A stretch of 64,000 nucleotides of DNA, taken from contig CAJFJY010000001.1 of assembly GCA_904384205.1 (NCBI GenBank), positions 19,690-83,689 of the forward strand, read 5' to 3'. The first letter of the stretch is position 1, and each line of letters opens with the position of its first letter. Shown in pieces: positions 1-10,736 of the stretch. The notes below the pieces were generated by a model. It had not been told where the DNA came from, made no database searches, and saw only the letters and a list, made by a program, of their open reading frames with translations. The stretch is from an uncultured Clostridia bacterium (GTDB taxonomy: Bacteria; Bacillota; Clostridia; TANB77; CAG-508). The translations under genes were made by a program, and so were the position numbers.

Positions 1-13
1 TAGGTCAAGTGAT

Positions 14-236
14 AGACCAAAAATATGAGATTTTAGAACAAAAGATACGGAAGTTTAGAACAAAAATACGGAAGTTTAGAACAAAAATACGAAAGTTTAG
101 AGCAAAAGATACGGAAGTTTAGACCAAAAGATACGGAAGTTTAGACCAAAAATACGAAAGTTTAGACCAAAAGATACGGAAGCTTAGACCAAAAATATGA
201 GACTTTAGACCAAAAATATGAAAAGCTAAACCAAAA
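14..236. repeat. Tandem array of about 10 degenerate 21/22-bp units (consensus GACCAAAA(G)ATACGGAAGTTTAGA) running to the window edge
   Basis: Direct reading. Units alternate between 21 and 22 bp, so no reading frame is maintained. The array degenerates into the 5' end of ORF 238..477. Confidence 0.85.
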
Positions 237-237
237 A

Positions 238-477
238 ATGGAAGAAAGATACAGAGAACTAAAGCAGATCATTGAACAAAGATACAGGGAATTAAACCAA
301 GCAATAGTAAGAATAGAAATAGAGCATGGAGAAAAACTAGATGCATTATTTGACGCTTTCAAAATTAATAATGAAAATATTAAAAAGCAAAATGAAAGAA
401 TACATAGATGTGAAATAAAAATTGAAAAAAACAGTGATGACATATATATTTTAAATTCAAAAGTTAATAGCAGATAA
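238..477 (+). CDS. Hypothetical 79-aa coiled-coil-like protein whose N-terminus (RYRELKQIIEQRYREL) is derived from the upstream tandem repeat
   Basis: ORF followed by a strong hairpin terminator. Heptad-like charged sequence with no recognisable domain. Confidence 0.3.
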   Translation: MEERYRELKQIIEQRYRELNQAIVRIEIEHGEKLDALFDAFKINNENIKKQNERIHRCEIKIEKNSDDIYILNSKVNSR

Positions 478-513
478 AAGCCTATTAGATTTTGAAAACA
501 CTAATAGGCTTTA
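476..513. terminator. Bidirectional rho-independent terminator (AAGCCTATTAG...CTAATAGGCTT + T-run) between ORF 238..477 and leuS
   Basis: 11-bp perfect stem flanked by A-run and T-run. Confidence 0.7.
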
Positions 514-587
514 AAAAAATATATTCACATTTAAAAATCGTAATAAAAATTTAATTCAAAAACAAATATAATTCTAAATTTCACAAA

Positions 588-2978
588 TTATTTAACAACA
601 ATATTGTAAATTCTATTTTTTACATAAATTTCTTTAATTACAGTTTTATTTTCCAACTTAGAATCAATAGCTTCATGAACTTTTTGTTTAACTTCGTCGT
701 CTGGTAAATCCATAGGAATTTGAATAGTAGCTTTCAATTTACCATTAAATTGAATAGGCAAATTAATCTCATTAGAAACTGTTTTTTCCTCATCATATTC
801 AGGCCATTTTTCATAAGTAATAGTATCATTATGACCCAAAATATTCCACAATTCTTCAGTAATATGAGGAGCAACAGGATTCAATAATTTCAAAAAACCT
901 TCTGCATATTCCAAAGGAAGAACATTTTCCTTATAAACAGTATTAATAAAGATCATCATTTGAGAAATAGCAGTATTAAAGTTCATAGTTTCATAGTCAG
1001 CTGTAACCTTTTTAACAGTATAATGATAAACTCTTTCCAAGTTTTTATTTTCAGTATTTTTAATCTTACCAGATTCAGTATATAATCTCCAAACACGGTC
1101 TAAGAACTTTTTAGTACCTTCTATACCATTAATATCCCAAGGTTTAACAGCATCAATAGGACCCATAAACATCTCATATAATCTCAAACTATCTGCACCA
1201 TATTGTTTAACCATATCATCAGGATTAATAACATTTCCTTTAGACTTACTCATCTTTTCACCATTAGTACCCAAAATCATACCTTGATGACGTAATTTAG
1301 CAAAAGGTTCTTTTACAGGAACTAGACCTTTATTGTATAAATAATTATTCCAAAATCTTGAATACAATAAATGACCAACAGCGTGTTCAGGGCCACCTAC
1401 ATATAAATCAACAGGCATCCAATATTCAAGCAACTTTTTATTAGCAAACTCATCATCATTTTTAGGATCGATATATCTTAAGAAATACCAGCTAGAACCA
1501 GCAGAACCAGGCATTGTACTTGTTTCTCTCTTAGCAGGCTTACCTTCAAAAGTAGTATTAACCCAATCAGTAGCTTTATCTAATGGAGAAGCACCAGTCT
1601 TTGATGGAGCATAATCTTCAAGTTCTGGTAAAACTAAAGGTAAATCGCTATCAGCTAAAGCCCTCATTTCATCATCTAAATAAACAATAGGAATAGGTTC
1701 ACCCCAATAACGTTGTCTTGCAAAAATCCATTCACGCAATTTGTAATTAACTTTTCTTTTTCCAATATTATTAGATTCAAGATATTCTATCATTTTATTA
1801 ATTCCATCTTCTTTGTCTAAACCATCAAGAAAATCAGAATTAATATGTTTTCCATCTCCAACAAACGCTTCTTTTGAAATATCTCCGCCTTCTAAAACAG
1901 GGATAATCTCTATGCCAAATTTAGTTGCAAACTCATAATCTCTTTGATCATGAGCAGGAACAGCCATTATTGAACCTGTTCCATAAGTAGATAAAACATA
2001 ATCAGAAATCCAAATAGGAATTTTCTTACCATTTACAGGATTTATAGCATAGCTACCTGTAAATACACCCGTTTTATATTTATTTAATTCAGTTCTTTCC
2101 AAATCTGATTTACTAGCAGCTTCTTCCTTGTATTTTTCAACAGCATCTTTTTGTTCAGAAGTTGTAATTAAATTTACCAGATCAAGTTCAGGGGCTAAAA
2201 CGCAATAAGTAGCACCAAATAAAGTATCAGGTCTTGTAGTAAATACAGTAAATTCTAAATCGTCAAAATCTGCAACTTTAAACTTAACCTCTGCACCTTC
2301 AGATTTTCCAATCCAATTTCTTTGAATCTCTTTTGTTGATTCTGGCCAATCAATCTCATCTAATCCATCTAATAATATTTCTGCATATTTAGGAATATCT
2401 AAAACCCATTGCTTCATGTTTTTACGAACAACAGGAAAATCTCCTCTTTCACTTCTACCATTAATAACTTCATCATTAGATAATACACAACCTAAACCTT
2501 CACACCAGTTAACAGGCATCTCCACAAGTTTAGCTAAACCATCATTATATAATTGTTTAAAAATCCATTGAGTCCATTTGTAGAAATTAGGATCACAAGT
2601 AGATATTTCTTTATCCCAGTCAAAAGAAAGACCAAGCATTTTTAATTGACGTTTAAAAGTAGCGATATTTGCAGCCGTAAATTCTGCTGGATGATGTCCA
2701 GTTTTTATTGCATATTGTTCAGCAGGAAGCCCAAAGGCATCCCAACCCATTGGATGTAAAACATTATATCCTTGCATTCTCTTCATTCTAGATAAAATAT
2801 CAGTTGCAGTATAACCTTCTGGATGACCAACGTGAAGACCTTGTCCAGAAGGATAAGGAAACATATCTAAAGCATAAAATTTAGGTTTAGAAAAATCCCA
2901 AACATCAGTATAAAAAGTTTTATGCTCGTCCCAATAATCTTGCCATTTTTTTTCTATTCTTTGAAAATCATATTCCAT
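588..2978 (-). CDS. leuS: Leucine--tRNA ligase
   Basis: HVGH (HIGH-class) motif, KMSKS motif and CP1 editing domain, about 800 aa. Start placed at [13 protein letters not shown] (Met11 of the track ORF), the conserved LeuS N-terminus. Confidence 0.95.
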   Translation of the reverse strand: MEYDFQRIEKKWQDYWDEHKTFYTDVWDFSKPKFYALDMFPYPSGQGLHVGHPEGYTATDILSRMKRMQGYNVLHPMGWDAFGLPAEQYAIKTGHHPAEFTAANIATFKRQLKMLGLSFDWDKEISTCDPNFYKWTQWIFKQLYNDGLAKLVEMPVNWCEGLGCVLSNDEVINGRSERGDFPVVRKNMKQWVLDIPKYAEILLDGLDEIDWPESTKEIQRNWIGKSEGAEVKFKVADFDDLEFTVFTTRPDTLFGATYCVLAPELDLVNLITTSEQKDAVEKYKEEAASKSDLERTELNKYKTGVFTGSYAINPVNGKKIPIWISDYVLSTYGTGSIMAVPAHDQRDYEFATKFGIEIIPVLEGGDISKEAFVGDGKHINSDFLDGLDKEDGINKMIEYLESNNIGKRKVNYKLREWIFARQRYWGEPIPIVYLDDEMRALADSDLPLVLPELEDYAPSKTGASPLDKATDWVNTTFEGKPAKRETSTMPGSAGSSWYFLRYIDPKNDDEFANKKLLEYWMPVDLYVGGPEHAVGHLLYSRFWNNYLYNKGLVPVKEPFAKLRHQGMILGTNGEKMSKSKGNVINPDDMVKQYGADSLRLYEMFMGPIDAVKPWDINGIEGTKKFLDRVWRLYTESGKIKNTENKNLERVYHYTVKKVTADYETMNFNTAISQMMIFINTVYKENVLPLEYAEGFLKLLNPVAPHITEELWNILGHNDTITYEKWPEYDEEKTVSNEINLPIQFNGKLKATIQIPMDLPDDEVKQKVHEAIDSKLENKTVIKEIYVKNRIYNIVVK

Positions 2979-3046
2979 ATTTAATCTCATTCCTTTCTTA
3001 AGACACAACCCAAATTGTTATGAATTTTTCAAATAACATTTCCTGT

Positions 3047-3075
3047 ATTATACAACAAAAAAGCTACTTGTGCAA
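3047..3075 (-). promoter_or_regulatory. Sigma-A type promoter for leuS (TTGCAC-N17-TATAAT on the minus strand)
   Basis: Read from the reverse complement. The ~60-nt leader is too short for a T-box. Confidence 0.55.
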
Positions 3076-3080
3076 GGAAC

Positions 3081-3108
3081 TTGAAAAATAAAAAAAGTAT
3101 GATACAAT
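3081..3108 (+). promoter_or_regulatory. Candidate promoter for the HD-domain gene (TTGAAA-N16-TGnTACAAT extended -10)
   Basis: Sequence reading, divergent from the leuS promoter. Confidence 0.4.
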
Positions 3109-3148
3109 ACAAAAAGTAAAAATAAATTTAGAAAGGAAGAATTTTCGA

Positions 3149-3928
3149 ATGATAGATATAAAAAAAGCAAAAGAAGTGTTCAAAAATTATGTACAAAACT
3201 ATGACCCAAACGATGAAAAAGTAAAGCTAAAAATAGCGCATATAGAAAGAACATCAGCCGTAGCCAAAGAAACAGCACAATATCTAAAATTAACAGAAGA
3301 AGATATATTATTAGCAGAATTAATAGGACTATTACATGATATAGGAAGATTTGAACAAATAAAAAAATATCACACATTTGTAGATAAAATAAGTGTAAAT
3401 CATGGAGAATTTGGAGTAAAAGTTCTATTTGATGATGGGCTAATCACAAAATTTATAGAAGATAGAAAATATGATGAAATAATAAAAAAAGCGATATTAA
3501 ACCATAATAGAGGAAAAATAGAAGAAGGACTAAACGAAAAGGAATTATTACACTCAAAGATAATAAGAGATAGTGACAAGACCGATATTTTTTATACATT
3601 AACATTTGGAGATGTAAAAGCAATATGGGAAAAAGAAGACTTTTCAGAAGATAAAATAAGTGAAGAAATTTATAGAGAATTTATGGAAGATAAAGCAATA
3701 AACTATAAAAATAGAATTACAAGTGCTGATATTCTAGTAAGTCATTTCGCATATGTATATGATTTCAACTTTAATTATGGGTTAAAATTAATTTATAATA
3801 ATGGATATATAGACAAATTATTTAATAGATTCAGATTTAAAGACCAAGAAGTAAATAAACAATACATAGAAATATATAAAACAGCAAAAGAATATGTGAA
3901 AAATAAATTGGAGGAAATGGATGATTAA
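3149..3928 (+). CDS. HD-domain phosphohydrolase family protein
   Basis: LIGLLHDIGRFEQ HD motif. 259 aa. Confidence 0.8.
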   Translation: MIDIKKAKEVFKNYVQNYDPNDEKVKLKIAHIERTSAVAKETAQYLKLTEEDILLAELIGLLHDIGRFEQIKKYHTFVDKISVNHGEFGVKVLFDDGLITKFIEDRKYDEIIKKAILNHNRGKIEEGLNEKELLHSKIIRDSDKTDIFYTLTFGDVKAIWEKEDFSEDKISEEIYREFMEDKAINYKNRITSADILVSHFAYVYDFNFNYGLKLIYNNGYIDKLFNRFRFKDQEVNKQYIEIYKTAKEYVKNKLEEMDD

Positions 3929-4694
3929 CTTTGAAAATGCAGAAAAAGAATTCTTAAAATATGTAAATAAATTTGATTTGAAAGATGAAGCAACAAATAG
4001 AAAAAAATGGCACACATTTAGAGTGATGGAAAATAGCGAAATATTGGCTCAAAAACTAAAACTAAATCAAGAAGAAGCAGAAGTAGCAAAGCTAATTGGA
4101 TTATTGCATGATATAGGAAGATTTGAACAATTTGAAAAATCAAAGAAATTTTTAAATGAAGAAAAATTTGACCATGGAAACTATGGAGAATTTTTATTAA
4201 AACAAGATAATTATATAGAAAAATATATATCTGACAAAAAATATATTCCAATAATACTAAAAGCAGTTAAGAACCATAATAAGTATAAAATAGAAGAAGA
4301 ATTAACAGAAAAAGAAGAAATGTTTTGTAAACTAATTAGAGATGCAGATAAATTAGATATCTTATATGAAACTGTATGTATATATTGGAAAAGTGAAAAA
4401 GAAGTAAAAAATATAGAAAACTCAAAAATAAGTCCAAAAATAAAAGAACAATTGAAAAAACAAGAAGAAATAAAAAGACAAGGAAATGAAAAATTTGATT
4501 CAGCAGATCATTTATTAATAATTTTATCATTTATTTATGATATAAACTTCAAGGAAACTTTTGAAATAATAGAAAATGAACAATATATAAATAAAACGTT
4601 AAAAAGATTTGATTTTAAAGATAAAGAAACAAAAGAAGAAATGAAAGAAATAGAGAAAGAAATTGAACAATATATTAACTCTAATATAGTTTAA
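3921..4694 (+). CDS. HD-domain phosphohydrolase family protein (tandem paralog)
   Basis: Same LIGLLHDIGRFEQ motif and overall architecture as the upstream gene. Start overlaps the upstream stop by 8 nt. Confidence 0.8.
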   Translation: MINFENAEKEFLKYVNKFDLKDEATNRKKWHTFRVMENSEILAQKLKLNQEEAEVAKLIGLLHDIGRFEQFEKSKKFLNEEKFDHGNYGEFLLKQDNYIEKYISDKKYIPIILKAVKNHNKYKIEEELTEKEEMFCKLIRDADKLDILYETVCIYWKSEKEVKNIENSKISPKIKEQLKKQEEIKRQGNEKFDSADHLLIILSFIYDINFKETFEIIENEQYINKTLKRFDFKDKETKEEMKEIEKEIEQYINSNIV

Positions 4695-4703
4695 AGATAA
4701 AGG

Positions 4704-6698
4704 ATGATACAATTGGGAAAAAAATTATTAATAACAGAAAAGCCATCAGTAGCAATGGAATTTGCAAAAGCACTGAAAATAAAAGCAGATAGAAAAAATG
4801 GATATTTAGAATCAGAAGAATGGATAATAACATGGTGTGTAGGACATTTAGTAACAATGAGTTATCCAGAAAAATATAATGAAAAATTAAAATTCTGGAG
4901 ATTAGACACATTACCATTTATACCAGAAGACTGGAAATATGAAGTAATTCCAGCAACACAAAGACAATATAATGTCATAAATGAGTTAATACATAGAGAT
5001 GACATTGAGGAAATATATAATGCAGGAGACTCAGGAAGAGAAGGAGAATACATACAAAGACTTGTATTTATGATGACAAAACCAGATCCAAAAATAAAAA
5101 TGAAAAGAGTATGGATAGATTCTCAAACAGAAGAAGAAATCTTAAGAGGAATAAGAGAAGCAAAAGATTTATCAGAATATGATAGTTTATCAGATAGTGC
5201 ATATCTAAGAGCAAAAGAGGATTATTTAATAGGAATTAACTTTTCAAGACTATTATCAATAATATTTGGAAAAAGACTTGCAAAAGATATAAATGAAGAA
5301 AAAGCATCTATATCAGTAGGTAGAGTAATGACATGTGTGTTAGGAATGGTTGTATCAAGAGAAAGAGAAATAAGAAACTTCCAAAAAACAAAATATTATA
5401 AAATAATAGGAAAATTTGGAACAGAAGATTCATACTTTAAAGCAGAATGGAAAAGTGCAGAAGATTCTACAATGTGGGAATCAAATAAACTATATAATGA
5501 AACAGGATTCAAAAAAGAAAAAGATACCCAAGACTTTATATTATCATTAAAAGATAAAAAAGCGATCATCAAAGAAATAAAAAAATCAAAACAAAAAGAT
5601 AATGCACCATTATTATTTAACCTAGCAGAAATCCAAAACGAATGTACAAAAAGATTTAAAATAAAACCAGATGAAACACTTGAAATAATACAAAATTTGT
5701 ATGAAAAGAAATTAGTAACATATCCAAGAACAGATGCAAGGGTTTTATCAACAGCAGTTGCAAAAGAAATAAAGAAAAACCTAAATGGTATTGCAAAAGG
5801 ATATAAAAATGAAGAAGCTCAAAAATACATAAATAAAATGGTAGAAGAAAAATATTCAACAAATCTTTTAAAAACAAAATATGTAAATGATAGTAAAATA
5901 ACAGACCACTATGCAATTATACCAACAGGACAAGGATATGAAAACTTTGATAAATTACCAGAGTTGCAAAAACAAGTATATGATATAATCGTAAAAAGAT
6001 TTTTAGCAATATTTTTCCCACCAACAGAATATAACAAAATACAAGTTACTGTTCAAATACAAATGAATGAAAATAAAAACGAATTGTTTTATGCAAGTGA
6101 AAAAATTTGTATAAACAAAGGATATTTAGAAATTTTACAGAAAAAAGACAAAAAAACAAACAAATTATCCACAGAAAGTTCAGAAATTGTGGATAATTCA
6201 GTGGATAAACAAGAAGAAAATTCTGAAGAGAACATAAAAATATTAAAAACATTAAAAAAGAATCAAGAAATACAAGTTAATAATTTTGAGACAAAAGAAG
6301 CGGAAACATCTCCTCCAAGCAGATATAATTCAGGTTCTATAATACTTGCAATGGAAAATGCAGGTAAATTAATAGAAGATGAAGAATTAAGAGAACAGAT
6401 AAAAGGAGCAGGTATAGGAACAAGTGCAACAAGGGCAGGAATTATTAAAAAATTAGAGCAAATTAAATATTTGCAAATAAACTCAAAAACACAAATAATA
6501 ACACCAACGCAAAAAGGAGAAAAAATATATGATATAGTAAATAATTCTATGCCAGATATGTTAAATCCTAAATTAACAGCTAGTTGGGAAAAAGGTTTAG
6601 ATATGGTCGCAAAAAAAGAAATCGAACCAAATGAATTTATGGTAAAATTAGAAAATTATATAAGATCTAAATTTAACAGACTAGTAGTGAAGAGATAA
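4704..6698 (+). CDS. topB: Type IA DNA topoisomerase (topoisomerase III-like)
   Basis: N-terminal Toprim (LLITEKPSVA...WCVGHL) and active-site region VTYPRTDARVLS. 664 aa with no C-terminal Zn-finger tail. Confidence 0.8.
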   Translation: MIQLGKKLLITEKPSVAMEFAKALKIKADRKNGYLESEEWIITWCVGHLVTMSYPEKYNEKLKFWRLDTLPFIPEDWKYEVIPATQRQYNVINELIHRDDIEEIYNAGDSGREGEYIQRLVFMMTKPDPKIKMKRVWIDSQTEEEILRGIREAKDLSEYDSLSDSAYLRAKEDYLIGINFSRLLSIIFGKRLAKDINEEKASISVGRVMTCVLGMVVSREREIRNFQKTKYYKIIGKFGTEDSYFKAEWKSAEDSTMWESNKLYNETGFKKEKDTQDFILSLKDKKAIIKEIKKSKQKDNAPLLFNLAEIQNECTKRFKIKPDETLEIIQNLYEKKLVTYPRTDARVLSTAVAKEIKKNLNGIAKGYKNEEAQKYINKMVEEKYSTNLLKTKYVNDSKITDHYAIIPTGQGYENFDKLPELQKQVYDIIVKRFLAIFFPPTEYNKIQVTVQIQMNENKNELFYASEKICINKGYLEILQKKDKKTNKLSTESSEIVDNSVDKQEENSEENIKILKTLKKNQEIQVNNFETKEAETSPPSRYNSGSIILAMENAGKLIEDEELREQIKGAGIGTSATRAGIIKKLEQIKYLQINSKTQIITPTQKGEKIYDIVNNSMPDMLNPKLTASWEKGLDMVAKKEIEPNEFMVKLENYIRSKFNRLVVKR

Positions 6699-6715
6699 AA
6701 TAAATATCAATAAAA

Positions 6716-6743
6716 ACCAGGCTAGCATAAATGCCAGCCTGGT
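6716..6743. terminator. GC-rich hairpin (CCAGGCTAGC-ATAAAT-GCCAGCCTGG) between convergent topB and ORF 6752..7024
   Basis: Stem with one mismatch. Its composition is atypical for the window. Confidence 0.55.
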
Positions 6744-6751
6744 CAAAGGAG

Positions 6752-7024
6752 TTAAAACACTGCTCTGGGTTCTTTAACCCAGTTATTAGAAAATCTCATA
6801 TGGTCATTATCAGTAATAATGACCTCCCTTTTTCCACAGTCAAGCCCATATTTTTCCAAAAACTCGGAAAATGAGCTTGATCGTTTCCAAAGAACAACAC
6901 AATGCAACTTTGAAAACTGCATATTTACATACCGCTTGAATTCGTTAAAAGCATCTGAATTCAAACAGAAATTTGGAAACAGCCTGTCAAAAGCAGCGGT
7001 TACAATCTCATTTGAAAGTTTCAT
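6752..7024 (-). CDS. Hypothetical 90-aa protein with atypical composition (about 38 % GC; uses CTG/GCT/AAG/TTC codons)
   Basis: ORF preceded by a strong SD (AAGGAGGA-N9-ATG). No recognisable domain. Confidence 0.55.
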   Translation of the reverse strand: MKLSNEIVTAAFDRLFPNFCLNSDAFNEFKRYVNMQFSKLHCVVLWKRSSSFSEFLEKYGLDCGKREVIITDNDHMRFSNNWVKEPRAVF

Positions 7025-7226
7025 AGAGTAATATCCTCCTTTTTTATGAAAATAAATTTTTAGTTACAATATAATTATAACATTAATTAACATAACTGTC
7101 AAAAAACAGGTTCAAAATACTTCCATTTTCCAAAAAAACATGATATAATATACAAATCTAAAGAAAAGATTATTCAATATTTCAAATGCAACCAGATTAA
7201 TACATTAGAAAAGGAATGAAGAAAAA

Positions 7227-10200
7227 GTGAACACAATAATAGGCGATTTAGGAAAATCAAAAAAATTTGTAGATTTAATAAAGCAAATAGAAAATAAAAC
7301 AAGTCCGATATTAATATCGGGCTTAACTAGCGTGGGAATGATACAAATAATATCAGGCATAAATACATATGCAAAAAAGCCAATTGCAATAATAACATAT
7401 AATGAAATACAAGCAAAACAAATAATAGAAAACTTGCAAAACTTCACAGATAAAGCAATATTTTTTCCAAAAAAAGAAATCGTAACATATGACTATATAG
7501 CAGAAAGTAAAGACTTGCCATATGAAAGAATAGAAACACTAAATCAAATAATACAAAAAAGGCTACCTATAGTAGTAACAACAATAGAAGCGATAATGCA
7601 AAAAATACCGTCAAAAGAAACACTATATAAAAACAGATTAGAATTAAAAATAGGAAATACATATTCATTAGAAGAAATAAAACAAAAGTTAGTAAACTTA
7701 GGATATATAAGAAGTGATTTAATAGAAGGAAAAGGAGAATTTAGTGTAAGAGGAGACATACTAGACATAGCCATAGATGAAAAAACAGGTGTAAGAGCTG
7801 AATTTTGGGGAGATGAAGTAGACTCAATAAGAAAATTTGCAATAGCAAGCCAAAGGTCAATAAATACACTAGAAAAAATTGAGATAAATCCAGCACATGA
7901 ATACATCTTAGAAAGACCAATCGAAGAAATTATAGGTAAAATAAGAAATAAAGTAGTAAAAGAAAAGCAAGAAGAAATTTTAGAAGAAGATATCGAACAA
8001 ATAAAAGCAGGAAACTATATAAGTAAAATAGATAAATATTTTGACTGCTTTTATAAAAATCAATCAACATTATTAGAATATTTTTCTGACAATTATATAA
8101 TTGCAATTGATGAAGAAAGCAAAATAGAACAAAGAGCAAAAAACATTATACAAGACAATATAAATTTAAGTAAAAGTTTAATAGAAAAAGAAAAAATAGT
8201 ACCAGAAGCAATAGAGAACATACAAAAATATGATGTATTGCAAGAAAAAATAGAAAACAAAAAAAGCCTAATATATTTAGAAAAACAAGATATATTAGTA
8301 AAAAAGCAAGCAGAAAAATATGATTTTAAATATAGAGAAGTAAATTATTATAAAAGTGAAATAGAAAATTTATTTAAAGACTTAAAAACATCAATAAAAG
8401 AAAATAAAGACATATATATTCTAGTATCATCAAAAGATAAAGCAAAAAAACTACAAGAAACACTAGAAAAAGAAGAAATTATAGCAAAAATAGAAGAAAA
8501 TTTAGATAAAACAATAATAGTAAAATCAAAAGAAAAAGTCATAACAATAGGAATAGGTAAATTAACAGAAGGATTTGAAAACTATGAAATAAACCAACTA
8601 GTAATATCAGCAGAAGACCTAATAGAAGGAAAAAGAAGAAAAAGAATATCAATACATAAAGAATATAGTGAAGGAGAAAAAGTAGTATTTGCAGATCTAA
8701 AAATAGGAGACTATGTTGTTCACAAAAACTATGGTATAGGAATATATATAGGTGTAAATACAATAACAGCAGATAAAGTAACAAAAGATTATATAAAAAT
8801 CAAATATGCAAATGATGATGTATTGTATGTTCCAACAAACCAATTAGACAGCATCAGAAAATACATAGGAGGAGATTCTATACAACCTAAAATAAACAAA
8901 TTAGGAAGTAGAGAATGGACAGAAACAAAAGCAAGAGTAAAGAAAAATTTAAGAGAAGTAGCAAGAGAACTAATAGAGTTATATGCAAAAAGAGAAAAAT
9001 CAAAAGGATTTGCGTTTAGTAAAGATACGCCATGGCAACAAGAATTTGAAGCAAAATTCCCATATCAAGAAACAGAAGATCAATTAAGATGTATAGAAGA
9101 AGTAAAAAAAGATATGGAATTGGCAAAACCTATGGATAGACTATTATGTGGAGATGTTGGTTATGGAAAAACAGAAGTAGCAATAAGAGCAGCATTTAAA
9201 GCAGTAATGGACCAAAAACAAGTTGCATATTTAGCACCAACAACAGTTTTAGCAGACCAACAATATAAAGAATTCAAAGAAAGGATGAAAGACTATCCTA
9301 TAAAAGTAGAATTGCTAAATAGATTTAGAACAGAAAAACAGCAAAAAGAAGTAATCAGAAAATTAAAATTAGGAGAAGTAGATATTGTCATTGGAACACA
9401 TAGATTACTAAGCAAAGACGTAGAATTCAAAGACATAGGACTATTAATAATAGATGAGGAACATAGATTTGGAGTAAAAGCAAAAGAAAAAATAAAAGAA
9501 TACAAAACAAGCATAGATGTATTAACAATGACAGCAACACCAATACCTAGAACATTACATATGTCAATAGTAGGAATAAGAGATATGTCAGTAATATATG
9601 AACCACCACAAAATAGAAAACCAGTGCAGACATATGTATTAGAATATGATGAAGAAGTAGTAAAAGAAGCAATAACAAAAGAACTAGAAAGAAATGGACA
9701 AGTATTTTATATCTTCAACAATGTAGAAAACATACAAAAAAAAGCAGACACAATATCAAGATTAGTACCAGAAGCAGAAGTAGCATATGCACATGGAAGA
9801 ATGAATGGTAAAGAAATTGAAGAAATAATGAAAGATTTTATTGATAAAAAGACAAATGTACTTGTATGCACAACAATACTAGAATCAGGAATAGACATAC
9901 CAAATGCAAACACAATAATAGTAGAAAATGCAGATAGAATGGGACTAGCACAACTATATCAAATAAGAGGAAGAGTAGGAAGAAGTGATAGACAAGCATA
10001 TGCATATATCACATACAAAAGAGACAAAATGATAAGCGAAGTAGCAAATAAAAGACTAAAAGCAATAAAAGAATTTACAGAATTTGGTTCAGGATTCAAA
10101 ATAGCAATGAGAGACCTAGAAATAAGGGGAGCAGGAAGTTTGCTTGGAGAAATACAGTCAGGACACCTAGAACAAGTTGGATATGATACATATTGTAATT

Positions 10201-10685
10201 TATTAGATGAAGTTGTAAAAGAAATGAAAGGAATAGAAATCCAAGAAGATACAGACCTACAAATAGATTTAAATGTATCAAGCTATATTCCAGAAGAATA
10301 TATATCAGATGGTAGCCAAAAAATTGAAATATATCAAGATATTGCATTATGTAAAAACGAAGAAAACATACAAGATGTAACAGACGAAATAATAGATAGA
10401 TTTGGAAACCCACCAGTAGAAATCGAAAATCTATTAGATATAGCAAGAATAAAATATCTAGCAAAAGCACTAAATATAATAAAAATACAAAGTAAAAAAA
10501 CTGCTGTAACATTCACATTTGAAAATAGTAAAATAGATATAGATTTAAACAAATTAGTAGAAAAATACGGAACAAAAATAAAATTCTCAGCAGGAATAAA
10601 ACCAATGATTACCCTAGAAATAGGTTCAGCAAATGAAAGACAAATATTAAATGACACAACAGAATTCTTGAGAATAGGGATTTAG
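7227..10685 (+). CDS. mfd: Transcription-repair coupling factor
   Basis: UvrB-homology N-terminus, RNAP-interaction domain, superfamily-2 helicase motifs (GDVGYGKTEVA, DEEHRFGV), TRG motif and C-terminal D7. GTG start. The last codons (RIGI-TAG) lie inside repeat A1. Confidence 0.95.
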   Translation: MNTIIGDLGKSKKFVDLIKQIENKTSPILISGLTSVGMIQIISGINTYAKKPIAIITYNEIQAKQIIENLQNFTDKAIFFPKKEIVTYDYIAESKDLPYERIETLNQIIQKRLPIVVTTIEAIMQKIPSKETLYKNRLELKIGNTYSLEEIKQKLVNLGYIRSDLIEGKGEFSVRGDILDIAIDEKTGVRAEFWGDEVDSIRKFAIASQRSINTLEKIEINPAHEYILERPIEEIIGKIRNKVVKEKQEEILEEDIEQIKAGNYISKIDKYFDCFYKNQSTLLEYFSDNYIIAIDEESKIEQRAKNIIQDNINLSKSLIEKEKIVPEAIENIQKYDVLQEKIENKKSLIYLEKQDILVKKQAEKYDFKYREVNYYKSEIENLFKDLKTSIKENKDIYILVSSKDKAKKLQETLEKEEIIAKIEENLDKTIIVKSKEKVITIGIGKLTEGFENYEINQLVISAEDLIEGKRRKRISIHKEYSEGEKVVFADLKIGDYVVHKNYGIGIYIGVNTITADKVTKDYIKIKYANDDVLYVPTNQLDSIRKYIGGDSIQPKINKLGSREWTETKARVKKNLREVARELIELYAKREKSKGFAFSKDTPWQQEFEAKFPYQETEDQLRCIEEVKKDMELAKPMDRLLCGDVGYGKTEVAIRAAFKAVMDQKQVAYLAPTTVLADQQYKEFKERMKDYPIKVELLNRFRTEKQQKEVIRKLKLGEVDIVIGTHRLLSKDVEFKDIGLLIIDEEHRFGVKAKEKIKEYKTSIDVLTMTATPIPRTLHMSIVGIRDMSVIYEPPQNRKPVQTYVLEYDEEVVKEAITKELERNGQVFYIFNNVENIQKKADTISRLVPEAEVAYAHGRMNGKEIEEIMKDFIDKKTNVLVCTTILESGIDIPNANTIIVENADRMGLAQLYQIRGRVGRSDRQAYAYITYKRDKMISEVANKRLKAIKEFTEFGSGFKIAMRDLEIRGAGSLLGEIQSGHLEQVGYDTYCNLLDEVVKEMKGIEIQEDTDLQIDLNVSSYIPEEYISDGSQKIEIYQDIALCKNEENIQDVTDEIIDRFGNPPVEIENLLDIARIKYLAKALNIIKIQSKKTAVTFTFENSKIDIDLNKLVEKYGTKIKFSAGIKPMITLEIGSANERQILNDTTEFLRIGI

Positions 10686-10736
10686 GGACGTATCTTAAAA
10701 TCCCTATTTTTCGGGATTTCGGGGACACACCTCAAA
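10674..10736 (+). repeat. Repeat family A copy 1: ATAGGGATTTAGGGACGTATCTTAAAATCCCT plus a degenerate second hairpin (GGGATTTCGGGGACAC)
   Basis: Two tandem stem-loops with GGGAC in the loops. Overlaps the mfd stop codon. Confidence 0.8.

Noticed and set aside
2979-3148. T-box leader upstream of leuS
   Set aside because: Only about 60 nt lie between the near-consensus promoter (3047..3075, minus strand) and the leuS start. That is far too short for a T-box, and no T-box specifier or antiterminator sequence is visible.
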